Assembly (NCBI GenBank): GCA_028534125.1
Contig: CM052817.1
Coordinates: 4,280,001-4,344,000, forward strand
Origin: Lama glama
Lineage: Eukaryota
Length of the DNA: 64,000 bases
Reading direction: 5' to 3'
Shown here piece after piece: positions 34,314-49,129 of this stretch. Within the stretch, counting starts at the first letter, position 1. Every line of letters starts with the position of its first letter. Below the pieces are notes generated by a model. That model searched no databases and had not been told where the DNA came from. It worked only from the letters and a program-made list of their open reading frames with translations. A program made the position numbers and the translations under genes.

Positions 34314-36731
34314 GTAGGCGGTGTGAGCGCGGAACACAGGGCTTCTTGCCAGGGGCCACCAGCATGGAGTATTTTCTTTCCTCCAGTCAGTTTCATGAAG
34401 CCCAAAGAATCGGCTCTGTGTCCAGCCCTCTCTTCTCTGCTCGTTCCTCCCAAAGAGGCCTCCGAGAGACGAGGAGCCCGTCAATACTCTTCTAGGGAGC
34501 AAAGGACGGCCCGGGATCAGCTTCAGGCTGGGGAGGAGGAGGGTGTCCTTTATTTTCGTAAAAGACCTTCCACTGAACCCCTCTGACACGACCTCGCCAG
34601 GAAGGATGAGGTGACCTCCTTTTGTGAGCGATAAGCCGATCATAGACATTGGCTACCTCCCATGGACTTAAATGATGTGTCTGCCAAACCTTAAATGACA
34701 TACAAGCCGAAAATTCGTGAGTGTTCTTGGAATGGTCTTCCGTCCCAGTAGAAAGTGAGACTGGCCTGTCAGTGTGGACACCCTGCCCCGGTGTCTCCCT
34801 AGTTATTACCACCTTACAGGCGAGAACCTGAGCCTGAGAAAGACTCAGACACTTGCCCACGCTCTCACAGCTGGAAAGGGAGAGTTGGGTCACCAGGCTG
34901 GTCACAGCCACCTCGCCATTGCCGCCCCCCCAGCGCTCTTGGTCCAGACCAGGCGGTTCATGTGTGTGCATCTTCGTGGCACTTACCACTTTCTGTCCAC
35001 CCGCACGGTGAGCACGACTTCCTTGAGCTCAGGGACCAGCTTTTACTCGTCTCTGTATCCAAGATGGTTCTTGCCACAGAATAGGGCCCCATCAAACGTT
35101 TGCAGGACAAGTAATAGATGAGTAGAGAGAAGACCCACAATGGCACAATGGAAAGCTCACGCGTGGGAACAGTGAAGGGCTTTGACTCCATCCGGGGGTG
35201 TCCACTGGGGATGTGCCCCAGGAAGCTTGAAGGGTGATGTGCCGTCACCCCGGAGGAAAAGAGAAAGGGCGTTTCTGAGCTTCAGGTGTCTGGGGCTGGT
35301 CTTTGGAGGGAGGACATCGACTCATTCTGTGGACAAAGTGGTTCCAAAGCCACGAAAGGCTCCAGAAGGCAGTCTCGGGGCTATGTACACGTGGGATGAC
35401 AGCCCGCTCTGTCCTGGGGGGAATCAAACACAAGGGTTCAGAGACGTAGGACAGCTCTTCAGATGCTGCACCAGCTTTAGAAGCTTCCTCCCCTTTCTCT
35501 CCTGAGGGTCGGCTTTTATTCAGGTTAAAGTATCTGCCCATCTGCACCTGGAGCCTCGGGCCTCGCAGCCTGCACCACTGGCAGGGTCCTCAGAGGGGCA
35601 GCAGAGGGGCAGGGCTGCAGGATCTGCCCTGGGGATTGGGCGGGGCTGCTGCCAGTGCCCTGGCAACCCCGTGGGAATTCCATTTACACGGATTCCTAGA
35701 GTCCTCAGCTGGCAGGTGCCCCCCACCAGCTTCCAGGGCTGTTTGAGGGGCCAAGGGTGTCTCAAATATTTTTCGAGGAGTTCCCCTTGGGCACTACTGG
35801 CTTGGGCTCGTGGAAAAAGAACTCCAACCACCACAGCCAGGAGTGGTCCACAGGGTGGTCTTGGCAAGGCCTTCCCCCTCCCGGGCCTCAGAGTCCCATG
35901 TAGCTAGGTGATTCTTCCAGTGATTCGACAATTTGTTTACAATTTGGTGGCTGTTTGGATTTTTCATTTTTAAAATAATAAGTTAGGGGAGCTATTACTT
36001 TATTTTGGGCGCGGCATGGGGGGGCAGGGAGAATTACTTTCAAAAGCCCCAGACACGGTTCAGACAGGTTTCACCTAATCACCAGCAGTTCTTTTTGAAC
36101 AAAGCCAGTCATCGGTAAGCTAAGGGAAGGCCTTGGCTTTCAGACAGGCCTGTGTCCTTTTTCATTACTTTCAGGCCATTCTTCTGCTACTGTGTTTTTC
36201 TTTTTAAAGTAGGCTGATCAAGTGGCACAAAAAGATTGTAACCAGGGGCTCCTCTGGGAGAGTGGGCAGGGTTGGCGTAGGGGGAGGGGTTCTGTTTGTC
36301 CGCAGGCTGGACTGGAGGATGTGGGACCTGGCTGGGATCTTCCCTGACCCTGGTGCGCATGTCACGGGAGCCATCAGCCACCACCATCGGAGGGCCCTTC
36401 CCTTGGGTGCACCGTCCTGCCCGGGTTCTTCAAGAAAGCCACACCTCAACACCAAAACAGCCCGGTCCGCGGCGTACATGCCCCCGTCTGCGTTAGCTGG
36501 CTGTTTGGGCTGTGCGTAGGGGTGACCCGCCCGGGGCGTGGAGCTCCGCGGGGTCGGCTTCTCAGGTGAACCAGCCCGCAAAGCCCGCGCACATCCCACG
36601 CTTCTTTCCGAGCCCGACCCCCGCGCCGCGCTCTTGTGCGATGCTGTCACTGAGTTCCATACCTCATATCTCACATCTTCTTTTCTTTTCTTTTTCCCCC
36701 CTCCTCATTTTCTTTTGGTCTTATGTTATAG

Positions 36732-36782
36732 TTTTTGTTCCTTTTTTTGTTTTTCTCACTAGCATTCATTCTGTGGCCTTGA
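36732..36782 (+). CDS. JAKMIP1: JAKMIP1 long-isoform last coding exon, hydrophobic tail anchor (FLFLFLFFSLAFILWP*)
   Basis: Long polypyrimidine tract, then ttatag|TTT TTG TTC ... CCT TGA (tandem TGA TGA); matches the recalled JAKMIP-family C-terminus. Confidence 0.9.
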   Translation, partial: FLFLFLFFSLAFILWP

Positions 36783-39700
36783 TGACTTCCGTGAGCCGAG
36801 CACTCGGGTGGGTATCCTTTCATCTTCACTGGTCAAAATGATGATTTTTCTAAAAAATGAGACTTCCTCCCAGCTCTGACTGCAACGTTCCTTGAGAGAT
36901 GGGGCACCGGGGAAGGTGGCCTTGTGGGAGACTGTTCAGCGTCAGGCTCACTGGGCATCACTGGGGGTCCCCGGCGAGGTCCACCCCGGGAGAAAGATCA
37001 GGGAGCTGCCTGTGACTAAGAATGGACAATAGGGACCTTGTGTCCCCTGTTGTGTTTGATCTTGAGAGGGAGGTTATTTTTTTCCCCAAAGGTTCTTTGC
37101 ATTTTGGCTGTATTGGCTGTGGGCCAGTAAATTCGCCATAGGGTCCAGACCAGAGTGGGCTTGTGGGGTCAGGGGTCTGCAGGAGCAGGGGGCTGGCGGG
37201 CAAGTCCATGAGCTGCATACAAAACACCCCAGAAGCTTGTACAAAGGGCCCAAGCGCCCTGCCTTGCCCCTCCCCCCGCCCTTGGCCCTATGTCTGGCTT
37301 TGATGCCGGCTGGCCCTGCTCTGGTCATTGGGCCCTGCATGTCTCATCCTGAGTTCCTGCTCTGGCACCCAGCCCCTCCCCAGTTCTTCCAGTTCTGAGT
37401 GCCCATCATGGCCTGAGGTGTTGAGATCAGCCCCTGAATTCAGCCCAAGTGAGGGCCCTGTGTGCTCTGGGGGTGACCGCAGCCCACTGGCCACCCAGTC
37501 CCCCAGGCTGAGCTCCCATGCTTGACTGATATCCTTGTGGACGTCCTGAGCCTGACCCCTGCACACGGGGGCTTTTCTTGGATCCTCAGTGCCCCAGTCC
37601 TAGGACAGCGCTTGGCACATGGTCGACAGTCATTCGGTGCTAGTGCAGCAAATAAAGGAATGACCACAGGGCTCATCAGACTGGAGGCTGCAGGGTGGGT
37701 GCCGGAGGATGGGTGATCTGAACCTGTTTCCTCTTTCCCTGGATTGTCCGGGGAGGTCACTCTGTGGGCTCAGCTGGAGAGGTCAGATCAGTGATGGGGA
37801 CAGGTGAGGGCAGATAAACCAGGGGCTTCTCCAACCATTTTAACCCTTGGTTCTTGTGTCATTTCCAATTATTTTTTAATTTTCCAGGATAGAAAAAGAG
37901 TTTATGGAATAAACTGAGTCCTATGGCAACCCCCACCCCATTCAAACCAAAATTCAGCAGCAAAACAAGCTATTCCAAGCCCAGAGACTAAAACCAGAAT
38001 TCATGGAGACTTGATGACAGCTCAAAGAGGCACACTTAGGATCTCTGGCTGGGCTGAGCTGTGGGAGCTCTGCAGGGGCAATGGGGAATTTGTCAAGCTC
38101 AGGGCCACCTCCAAGTCCCCACTGTGGCGCCTTCAAGAGCCCAAGGGACAGAGACCTGAATACCAGGAAACTAAGTGCAATTACTAGAAACTGAATGAGT
38201 GGAAAGCCACTGCACTGTCTGGGGACAGGTCTGCATCCTTGTCCCCTCATGGCATGCCTCCCCTGGCCAGGGTGTGCGTGCCTGGCTAGACACTGACTAT
38301 GTACATATGTCTCCACGAACTGTGCCCTGTGCATCCTGGGGTCTGTCAGCCAGAGCGACTTGCAAACGTCCTGCGATCTGAACCCAAAGTCAAGCCCGTC
38401 ATCAAAACCCTCCAGATCCGTATGCAGCTGGATTTGGCAGCTGGCGGCCAGAGAGAGAGGGCTGGAGCCTCGCCCACTGTGGAAGGTGGACCCCAGGACC
38501 TCAGATTTACATGGGAGAAGCCCTGGGCTCCCTCACTCTTGTGGGTGTGACACCGTGAATGCCCCAGAGCCTGACTGTGCCTGGGGCCGTGTACAACGAG
38601 GACTGAGAAGTGGACACACACCCCCCTTTTAGACCTCGCTGTCTTGCATCTGGGTTGTAATTTGCAAGGGGCCGGCAGGAAGGAATGCTGGGTTGTGGAG
38701 TGATCCCTGGAGCACCTGCGGGGAGCGAGGCTCCTTCTGCAGCAGCTGAGACCAGCTCCCCTGTCTCACAGCCACGGAGAAGGAGGCAGTCCTTCCTGCT
38801 CTCAGGAGACTGGCCTCCGAACCAAGCCTCCCAGGAGAACAAATGGGGCGCAGCCGCCAAGGAGGGCAGGACACCAGCTGCTGGGAGTCCCGCCTGGGGG
38901 GGAGCCCCGGAGAACAGAAGTTACTTTTTTACTTATTGTTGCATTTGTTATTCTAGGGTGAGCAGTTGGGTGGGGGAGCATCTTCAGGGGAAGGCTCCTG
39001 GGCATACGACTGTCCTCCCCCAACCTTTTGGAAGCAAGACTTTTGGAATCAAAATAGATCAAGTGAAACAGAAGGTAGTGAATGTGAAGGAAAGGATAGC
39101 TGCGTCAGTCGGAAGAAGAAGCCAAAGGCAAAGATGGGTTGATCCCAAGGATGGGAAGATTCACTGCTCTGTGTTTGTTGGGCTGCAGAAGCAATTCTAG
39201 TGAGAAAAACCCATGGAAAAGATGAAAATGACTGAAATTCAGGCCCGAAGGAATCAAGGGAGAAGGGAATCCAACGGAAGAGCTGACAGTTCTCAGAAGG
39301 ACAAATCCAAGGATGAAGAAGGATGTGGAGCTCAGTGCAGAAGGGGCACCCAGCCAGATGGAGAGGGATGTCCAAACCAAACCAAAAGGTTATGGGGCTC
39401 TATGCAAACATGCACCCGAGACAGATGAGAAGTGACCGTTCTCTTTTAAAATCTAAACCCAAAGCACCGCCACACCAGCCCCCATGACTTTCCCACATTT
39501 GGTAACCAAAAGCAAATGAACTGATGTCTTGGCTTCAAAAAAGGGGGCATCTGAGCCTCCAGGTAGCACTGGGAACGTGAACCACGCAGTCAGTGAAAAT
39601 GAAAAGCACACCTGCTTTCTCTGGGCCCAAGAAGCACAAGGAAGCCTTGCTTTGCTGACTCCACAGGCAGAAGTCTGGGAGGCACTCGAAGGTCTCTGGG

Positions 39701-40584
39701 AAGCTGTTCCCACAACACAAAGTGTTCATCGTCTCCCCGTGGTAGGAGCGTGGTCCTCACGCGCTCCTGCCCCGACGTCTGTCTACTCTGCCCTCCCACT
39801 CAGACAATGGATGCGAATGGTGGGGGCTTAGAAAACAGACCCATCCGGGTCCACTTTCAGATAGCTACTTCCCTGCAGTGGACGCTGGCCAAGTACTTGC
39901 CGCTCCAAGTCTTAATATCTCCATCTGTGGAATGGGGTGATAGTCCCCATGCCCACCTCACAAGAGGTCTCGTGGGGCACAGCTGGACAGTTGGGCACTG
40001 CTGGACAATTAGACCCACAAGACTCTCAGACACTGGCAGGAGGCGCAGCAGGCAGCATCAGTGCATCGCTGTGGGAGTCGTCCTCAGCGGAGACCATCCA
40101 GCCCCCTGGAGATGCTCAGGTGTGAGGGAGTGGGTGCGGGGGCTGCCTCAGCTTAGAAACCCAAAGTCCCCAGTAGGAGCCAGTATTTCTTGTGGCAGTC
40201 CCAGGCATGGCTTCCAAGGTTTCGGCAAGGGACAGGCCTGGTCACAGGAGCCACTGTACCCCTGGCGGCCCACCAGACATGAGCTCACGCACTGATGCGT
40301 CCCCCACAGCGTGGGGTGCCCAGGCCAGCTCACCGCTCAGGGCGGAGGTTGTGGCTGTTGCCTAGTGACGCAGTCAGCTTCCAGGCAGGTGTGGTTTCCA
40401 GGGGAGAAGAGCTGCAGGCCCAACTGAACTGGCTCTTTCTCACGAAAAGTGGGGCTGGGGCCACCCTTTACCCCCACCCTCCTCACAGATCTACCAGAGG
40501 GATGAAGGGAACTCAGGCTGACTTCCTAACCGGTGATGCTACTCTCTGGCTCTGAGCTGTTCCTGGCTCCGTGCTTTTCCCAGC

Positions 40585-40790
40585 TCCTCATCCTCACTTC
40601 CTCCCTCCCCCCACCGCCCTCACTCCTCCCCTTCCCCACCCTCCCCCTCCTCCCCCTCCCCTCCTCTCCTCACCTTTCCCCTCCACCTTTCACTCCTCAC
40701 CCCTCTCCTCCCCTCCCAACTCACCCCTCACCCCTCCCCTCCCTTCCCCCCTCCCCCCCACCTTCCTCCCCACCTCTCTCTGTCATCTCT
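40585..40790. repeat. C/T-rich low-complexity tract
   Basis: Nearly pure pyrimidine (cctcccc)n-like run. Confidence 0.9.
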
Positions 40791-40999
40791 CTGGGGCTGC
40801 CATCACACCTGAAGTGGGGACCCCAGAGCCCCGCTCTCGGCCAGGCTCTGCATCCTTCCTGTGACCCCCCTCAGCCTTGAAGAACCTCACCTCACCGAGG
40901 CTGCTGAGGGCGCAAGGCCCTGTCCTTACACCTGCTCCGGGCGGCCACCTGTCCCCTTCCCCAGGTCTCCAGCCCTGAGAAGCCTGCAGGGGTGATAAT

Positions 41000-41499
41000 N
41001 NNNNNNNNNNNNNNNNNNNNNNNNNNNNNNNNNNNNNNNNNNNNNNNNNNNNNNNNNNNNNNNNNNNNNNNNNNNNNNNNNNNNNNNNNNNNNNNNNNNN
41101 NNNNNNNNNNNNNNNNNNNNNNNNNNNNNNNNNNNNNNNNNNNNNNNNNNNNNNNNNNNNNNNNNNNNNNNNNNNNNNNNNNNNNNNNNNNNNNNNNNNN
41201 NNNNNNNNNNNNNNNNNNNNNNNNNNNNNNNNNNNNNNNNNNNNNNNNNNNNNNNNNNNNNNNNNNNNNNNNNNNNNNNNNNNNNNNNNNNNNNNNNNNN
41301 NNNNNNNNNNNNNNNNNNNNNNNNNNNNNNNNNNNNNNNNNNNNNNNNNNNNNNNNNNNNNNNNNNNNNNNNNNNNNNNNNNNNNNNNNNNNNNNNNNNN
41401 NNNNNNNNNNNNNNNNNNNNNNNNNNNNNNNNNNNNNNNNNNNNNNNNNNNNNNNNNNNNNNNNNNNNNNNNNNNNNNNNNNNNNNNNNNNNNNNNNNN
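41000..41499. other. Assembly gap (500 N)
   Basis: Run of n. Confidence 1.
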
Positions 41500-41960
41500 C
41501 CTGGTGGCAGTCATCCCTGGGGGCTCACCGCGCCAGACACAGGACCCGGCCCTTGAGAGCTGAGTGACGCAGGACGGCAGGGAGGGGGCTGCTGTTCGCC
41601 TCATTTCCCGAGGGCCTTAACTGTCTGAGATCTCAGCACGGAAGAGGCAGAGCTGCACACAGCCCAGGCAGGCAACGTGGACCGCATGGCGTTGCCTCTG
41701 CCCACCCCCGAACAGCCTGCCTGCTGCAGCCAGAGTGCTTTGCCCGCGGCAGCTCACCGACCCCCGGCGGCTCTTGACCGCGGTACTATTTTTACTCCCC
41801 CTGCCCTTTTATGATTAGTTAAGTGATTTGGCCAGGATTCCATCTGGGAAGTGCCTGAGATCTGAGCTGCCCCATGCACCCCCTCTGAGCCAGTCCCCGC
41901 CCTGCTGCCTCTGACCACTCAGTGTCTGTTGCCCCCTGAGCCACCCTACCCTGTGGCCAC

Positions 41961-42650
41961 TATCAGGGAAATAAACTTGAAGACACAATCTTCCCCCAAC
42001 CCAGACTACCTCTCCCCAACGGTAGACAAGAAAGATAAGAGTTTCATTATCGAATGAGCATCAAACCAGAATGCAATGTGCATCTCAGGCCATCCGCCTA
42101 GAGATTTGCAGAGACAGAAAGGAATCTCACCCATGATTAGCCAGGGCATTCATACCGGTCCTCGTGATACACTACAATTTGTTCTCAAATAAGAGAACTT
42201 GGCTGCACCATTTATGACACACAGGTCACCTGAAATCCACTGGGCCATTGGGGTGACCCTTTGTGTGTATTAATTTTTCTATAAAGGAAAATGGGAATTT
42301 CAGTTTCTCCTATCTTTATGACAGGAGGTAATTTTGCAGCTTGGAGCCAGAGGACCACGAAGTTGGGCTCCTCCCCTCCCACGGAAACTGGGAGATAGGC
42401 TTTTGTTTTCCATGGATGTTTACATTCCAAAGAGATGGTTCCCAGGACACTCAGAAAGACATTCCTGGGTCAGAAAACCTGCAAAAGTCTTCTTTAGCTT
42501 TTCAAAGGATTTGCAGATATTTCAAAGAGATTAGGAAAGAACTACGTTTTCCAAAGTAATTGCTCTAAGGAAAGGGCAGGGCGAGTCTCTTCCATCATGT
42601 CTAACAGGGAGAATGAAGTCTCTTCGTTTCCACTTCCGTTTGTCCCTGCA
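41961..42650. mobile_element. Possible ERV LTR remnant
   Basis: AT-richer block with LTR-like character; boundaries and family uncertain. Confidence 0.35.
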
Positions 42651-43736
42651 CCACTCTGCACCAGGCCAATTTATTGCACTGGCTGCTCCTCTGTGGCCAG
42701 TTGCCTCGGCTCTGGCTCCTGCACCCCTACCATGCTCCAGCCTCAAAGTAAGATCTGATCAGGCCCCTCCCTGGCTCTAAACACTCCAGGACCCCCTACT
42801 GCCCCAAGAGAGATGCCACAGCCCACATCCCGGAGCTCAAAGCCCACGGGGATACAGCCCCAAACCACCTTCTGTCCTGGGTCTTCATTTCCCCCTTCGG
42901 TATGTGCCCTGGGTGAGCCCAACCCAACCACCCCACTCCCTTCGCCTTGCCTGACTCTGCCCTGGGGTTTTGGTTCTGAGGCTCCTCCTGCCTGGAGAAG
43001 CCTTCTGCCCACCCCTGCCAGCTGTGATTCCAAGGCCATCTACCCAGCCTCAGAGTTCCTCCTGCCTACCCCCGCTGTGGGACATGTTTCCTCCTGTTTG
43101 AGGTCTTAGTTCATTCCTTACCCCTCGATTTTTGGTTCAGACCAGGATTTGAATCCTAACCCTGCCACTTCCCATCTGTGGGGCCGGGGACACCTTCCAG
43201 AACCCCTGTTTCATCGCCTGTAAAATGGTTATGACAACGGCCACCTCACAGGGCTACCAGGAGGACTGGACTAGGTAAGGTGAGGTGACCCAGCGCCAGG
43301 CTAGTTCCCCTCTCTCTTCCCTTAGAGAAGTCCAGGCCTGTGGTAAACGTTCCCTGCACGCAGAGAGGGGGTTAGAACTCCATCCGCTCCAGGGCGAAAG
43401 CCTGCGCGTCACTGCCGAGAACATAGGACACGCGGGTGGTCCTGCCAGGAAATCTCATCTTCCCTCTTTGCACGCATTGTGACGTTTTTCATTCTAAGTG
43501 ACTCTTCTGCTTGGGGTGAGTGCTGGCACGCTGGCTTGTAAAACGAGAGGCTCTCGTTCATATTGTATGACGTTCGTGCAGGTGAAACCCGAGTCCCCCA
43601 CTCATAAATAATCCACTGTTCTTGCCCTCCTCAAAGGATATTTTCCTGCGCAATCTGAAGGCATTGCAGCCACCTCGAAATCTCCAGAAGGTCTGTGTTG
43701 CAAACTCACTCAATTGTATTAAGTCTTGGTCCATGA

Positions 43737-44036
<300 letters not shown>

Positions 44037-45061
44037 TAAATATGCCATTTGGACCTCTTCCTTGCACACATAGCATGTCCTGGGGTGTCAGGATCGTGTT
44101 AGAATGGTGGGTTGAATCGTTTCTACGGCCAGGGTTGCAGGCGAACCTATGGTACATAAGCTGCCCGTCACAGTCCCTGGCCCTCAGTGCCCTCTCTGTC
44201 TTTCCCGCCCTCCGCTCTGTGTCACAGGGGCTGAGCCTGTTTCCCAGGCTCCCTTGCTTGCTGGCTTCCAGCTGGGTCCAGCCAATGGGAGGCACAGACG
44301 GGAGGAGGAAGGGAGAAGCCAGGGTACTGTCCCCTCTCTTCTGCGCCGGTGACATCTCCAACCAGGGCTGCAATCCACTCGTGCTTTCAGCTTCCTCTGT
44401 GGTCCTGCTCCTGGACCCCAGTATCACCACCTCCTCTCTGCGTGTCCCTCCAGCCCGAGGGGAAGAAGTGGCTCCCAGCAGGTGCTAATCCTGGGTCACC
44501 TGTCACCTCTGTCCGGCCTCTCAGCTCTTCTGTCACCTGTGAGGCAGATTCTCTGTATTTGATTCTCACTGCTGAACGCCCTGGCGTGCACTCTGTCTCC
44601 CTGATGGAACTGACATGGTCCAGGGCATTTGAATCCAGGTCTTTGTCCAAAGCCAGGGCTTTTTTTTGATACCTAGGCCAGCAGAATGAGGTGGGGCCTT
44701 GCCTCTATATCAAAGGAGAAGCCCAGCATGGAAATGCAGTGGCGTTATGGCTCGGGGTGGACAGGTTTACCTATCTCCCAGCAGCCACGTGTCTTGGATT
44801 TATCTGGGCCTTCACCTTTTTTTTTGTTGTTGTTATTTTCCTTCATTTTAATAAAGGCAAGTCATTCAATGTGTATTTACATGAGCTTTCCTTTTTTTCT
44901 CCTCTTTGTAAAACTTTTCACGTGAGGAAATTCACGTATCAGAAACATTCTTTTGTCACTGTGTGTATCAGTCTGTGTGATTGTCCATTCACCCACCCAC
45001 CCATCCATTCACTGGTTCACCGTACGACCTGCACTTACCTCCCAAGTGTCACACACCGTCG

Positions 45062-45443
45062 TGTGAGTCCTCTAGGGCTGCCAGAACGAAACCTCACAGA
45101 CTGAGGGGCTTAAACGACAGACATTTGTTTTCTCACCATCCTGGAGGCTCGACGTCCCAGACCAAGGCGTGGACAGGGCTGGTTCCTTCTGAGACCTCTC
45201 TCCTGGGCTCGACGGTGTCTGCCTTCTCTCCGTGTCTTCACACCGGCTTCCTCTGTGCCCACCTGTGCCCTAACCTCCCCTTAGAAGGACAGCACTGTGT
45301 TGGATTAGGGCCCACCCTAATGATCTCATTTTAACTTAATTACCTTTGTGAAGACCCTGTCTTCAAATACAGTCACCTGCTAGAGGAGCTGGGGTTAGGA
45401 CTTCAACATATGAATTTAAGTGGGACATATTCAGCCCGTAATG
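45062..45443 (-). mobile_element. MLT1 solo LTR
   Basis: agggctgcc...ggcttaaacgacagacatttgttttctcac...gggcccaccctaatgatctcattttaacttaattac...caaatacagtcac. Confidence 0.75.
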
Positions 45444-46537
45444 TAAGTCCTGGGAGTTGAAAGCGGAGGAAGGCGGGGCCCCAGCCCTGGAGAGAGAACA
45501 GTATAACCCACACATGGTTGTACATGGCAATGAAAACCAGAAGGTCACCAGGCCTGGGAAAGATGGGTAGGAGACCCCTCCATGTAAGGGAGAGACAGAC
45601 AGCCCGGGGGGACCATGAGTGGTGAGGAGGAGGGGCCACTGTGGCTGGGGCCTGGGCTGAGGCCATCCTGGAGGAGGAAATGGGAGCTGTGTCCTCCGTT
45701 CTCTGAAGTGGGGAATGCGCCATCCTGCAGAAGTGGGGCTCCTGAAGGGGAGGCCGAATCTGTGGCAGGGGTGGGACAAAAAGGGGTTAAGGCTTATAAC
45801 AGGGTTCAGTGCTGCCCTCCCACCTAGACCCCTCTCATTGTTCCCTGGGACCCTATGACACACAGCATGATAGGATCCCCTTTTCCAGATGAGGAAACTG
45901 AGGCTGGGTGGACAAAATATATTATTCAGGGTCACTGAAGCCAGGGTCTGAACGCACAATTGTGAATATAGATTTCAGGCTAATTTCACCACAAGTGTGG
46001 TCTTGTTTGCATATAGTAAAATGTTGGTGGTGTCCATTGGATTTCCCCTCAGTGAAAGAGTTAAAGTTTAAAAATAATTGTTGCAAAATGAATGCAACAG
46101 CATTGTTAGAAATCTGAGAAAGAGAACCCCACTCCCACCTTCACCCACACTATCATTGTTGCAAATTACTCATCTAAATGCAACAAAATTAATAATGATA
46201 GCTTGACCCGTATTTAACAGACAATCCTTTTAAAAATCCTGAAAACGAAGTGATAGCGTTAGCCTCAATTTCTAGATGGGAAAGGCAAGGTGCTGGCTCG
46301 TGACGTGACTTCATGGTCACACACTCAGCCACGCGGGGGCACTGGGACTCGACCCCAGGCAGCCTGCCCTGCAGCGGTCCCTGCAGCCGTGAGGCCCTGA
46401 TTTACCCTGGTAGATGCTCCCCGATGGCATCTCCTAGTTCAGAGCACTCTCTGCAGCTCTGTATGTAATAGATTCTTTTTTACTTGTCATTAATCAGTGA
46501 AAAAAATGGTACTTAGTTGTCTAGTTCTTATTAGGGA

Positions 46538-46976
46538 GTGCATTGCTTTCCTGTGGCTGTTAAGACAAATTGTTACAAACTTAGGGCCTAAAAGGAGCGC
46601 ACATTCATTTCCTTCCTTTTCTGGAGGCAGAAGTTCTAAAGCAGCCTCACTGGACTACAATCACGCTATGCAGAGGGCTGTGCTCCCTCCAGAGGCTGGA
46701 GGGGAAATCTGTGTCTGCCTTTTCCAGCATCTACAGCTGCGTTCCTTGGCTTCTGGCCCCTCCCATCTTCAGGCCAGCAGTGTGCAGTATCTTGCTTCGG
46801 TGGATCACATGACCTCTCCTTCTGTGTCAGATCTCCCTCTGCCTCTCATAAGGACAGTCATAAATTGCAGTGAGGCCCACCCAGATAATCCAAGATCATC
46901 TCCTCCATCTCAAGATCTTTACTTTCACATCTGTAGTCTCTTGTATATGTTCAGGGAACATTCCTAGGTTCCAGGG
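46538..46976 (-). mobile_element. MLT1 solo LTR (MLT1C/D-like)
   Basis: ttctggaggcagaag...cagggctgtgctccctccagaggct...ggcccacccagataatccaagatcatctc. Confidence 0.65.
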
Positions 46977-48073
46977 AAATGAGTCATTTTCTGCTTAGTT
47001 TAAGAATAGAGATAATACCAGAATTCAATATTGTTTCAGATTTGATGTTTCAGCTTGGTCTGAAAATCTAAGAAGAGAGACTTGTCTTTTCCCATTCAGA
47101 TATCAGCCTATTTTATAATCAGTCGGAAGGTGCTCCTCCCAAGTATCTGACTGATTAACACGGGGCCATTCCTCTGGTTCAGTTTGGAAGGAAATTGATT
47201 TGAATCTCCACAAGAGGGCACACTCCCTTCTGTCACTTTAGAGACTCCCAGGGACTCAAAAGGAGAGGAGGAGAGGGGACTCTTGGCCTTATTAGTAACA
47301 GTACATCATTTTATTTAATCATCACAGGAACCTTCTGAACCAGGTGCAATTACCTTTATTTTACAGATGAAGATACTGAGGGTCATAGTGGTGAATGAGC
47401 CCAGTTAAGGCCTTAGTAGACCTCAGTAGGCAGCTGTTCCCACCGGCTCCCAACACTTCCTCAGGATAATAAGGTCTTCAGGTGGCTTATCCATTCCTAA
47501 CAGTTAGGTGACTTCCAACCTCTCAATTTTGTAAATAATTCAGAGGTGAATTCTTTTACTTGCAGAAACCTTTCTCTGCATTTCAATCGTTTCCTTAGAA
47601 GAGATTTGCAAGAATGTAGCTCAAATGGGAGGCAGCAGAACACAGGGTTAAATCGTGAGTTTGAGAGGCAGGCAGCCTGGACTCTATAATGCTGTGTGAC
47701 CTTGGGCAAATTGCCCAGCCTCTCTGATCCTCCGTTTCCTCGTTTCCTTGTATGTGAAGTAAGGGGAAGGGAACCCACCTGCAGGCTGAGAATGCGAGGA
47801 TTCAGTGAGACAGCACAGATGTTTGGTTCAGGCTCAGATCTTCGTTGGTATGACCAAAGATGGGATTACTGATTTAAGGGTGAGGTCACTGTTAAGATTC
47901 CTGAAGCCTGGTGCCTTATTATTCAAAAGAGGTCTCTGAATTATTTTAGATCATCTTTTAAAAGACATAGATGAATGTTTTACAAAATGTCATGTTGTCA
48001 GAATATCAGAAGAAAAAAAAAAGGTTGACTCTGGCATCTGTGAAAACCTCAGGCCATGTTTATAGCATCCTGA

Positions 48074-48466
<393 letters not shown>

Positions 48467-49129
48467 TAAAATGGGGTCCCCATCTTGCCCTGCTCGCCCC
48501 ACAGGGCTCTGACCAGGATCCCTGGCAACAGAGGGCGCTCTGGGCGGACTGCAGGGCTGTGCATTCTCTGGGAGCTCTGGGCAGAGGTTCGTTTCTGTCC
48601 AACTGGTGCCTGACATCAGGCGTGCCAACTCTGGCCCGAGGACAATGAGATGACTGAGGAGCTGGCTTGCTGGTGGGGACACAGATAGGAAACAAGTCAC
48701 TCCCAGACTGGATGCTGGGTGACACGAGGGACATGCAGGCACAGTGTGTGTGTGCTTGTGGATGGAAGGCTACAGAGAACTGGGCCATGTGAATTGGGCT
48801 TTGCGGGAAGGGCTTTTGAGGATAGATAAGAGCTGGGGCAAAGCACAGAGGTGTGGAAGAGCATACTGAGACCAGGGCAGAGGGTATGCTGGGCAGAAGG
48901 AGTTGGTGAGGCAGAAGAGGTCCCGGGAGGACAGATTGCCAGGGCTACGGCATGAACTGAATTCTGGAAGCCAGGTAGAGTAGGACGTAGGGGAACCTTA
49001 GCAGGAGAGGCTCAAAGTCAAGATTTGGGGGATCTCACCTAATTGCATGGGTAAGAGATAGTGGAGGTGCTGGTGGGGAGGGGAAGAGGGCCAAGTCAGA
49101 GTGCTGTCAGAGAGGAAGTGGGTGGTTAA

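Noticed and set aside
40783..41604. Long ORFs spanning the N runs (also 60629-61469)
   Set aside because: Artefacts of assembly gaps.
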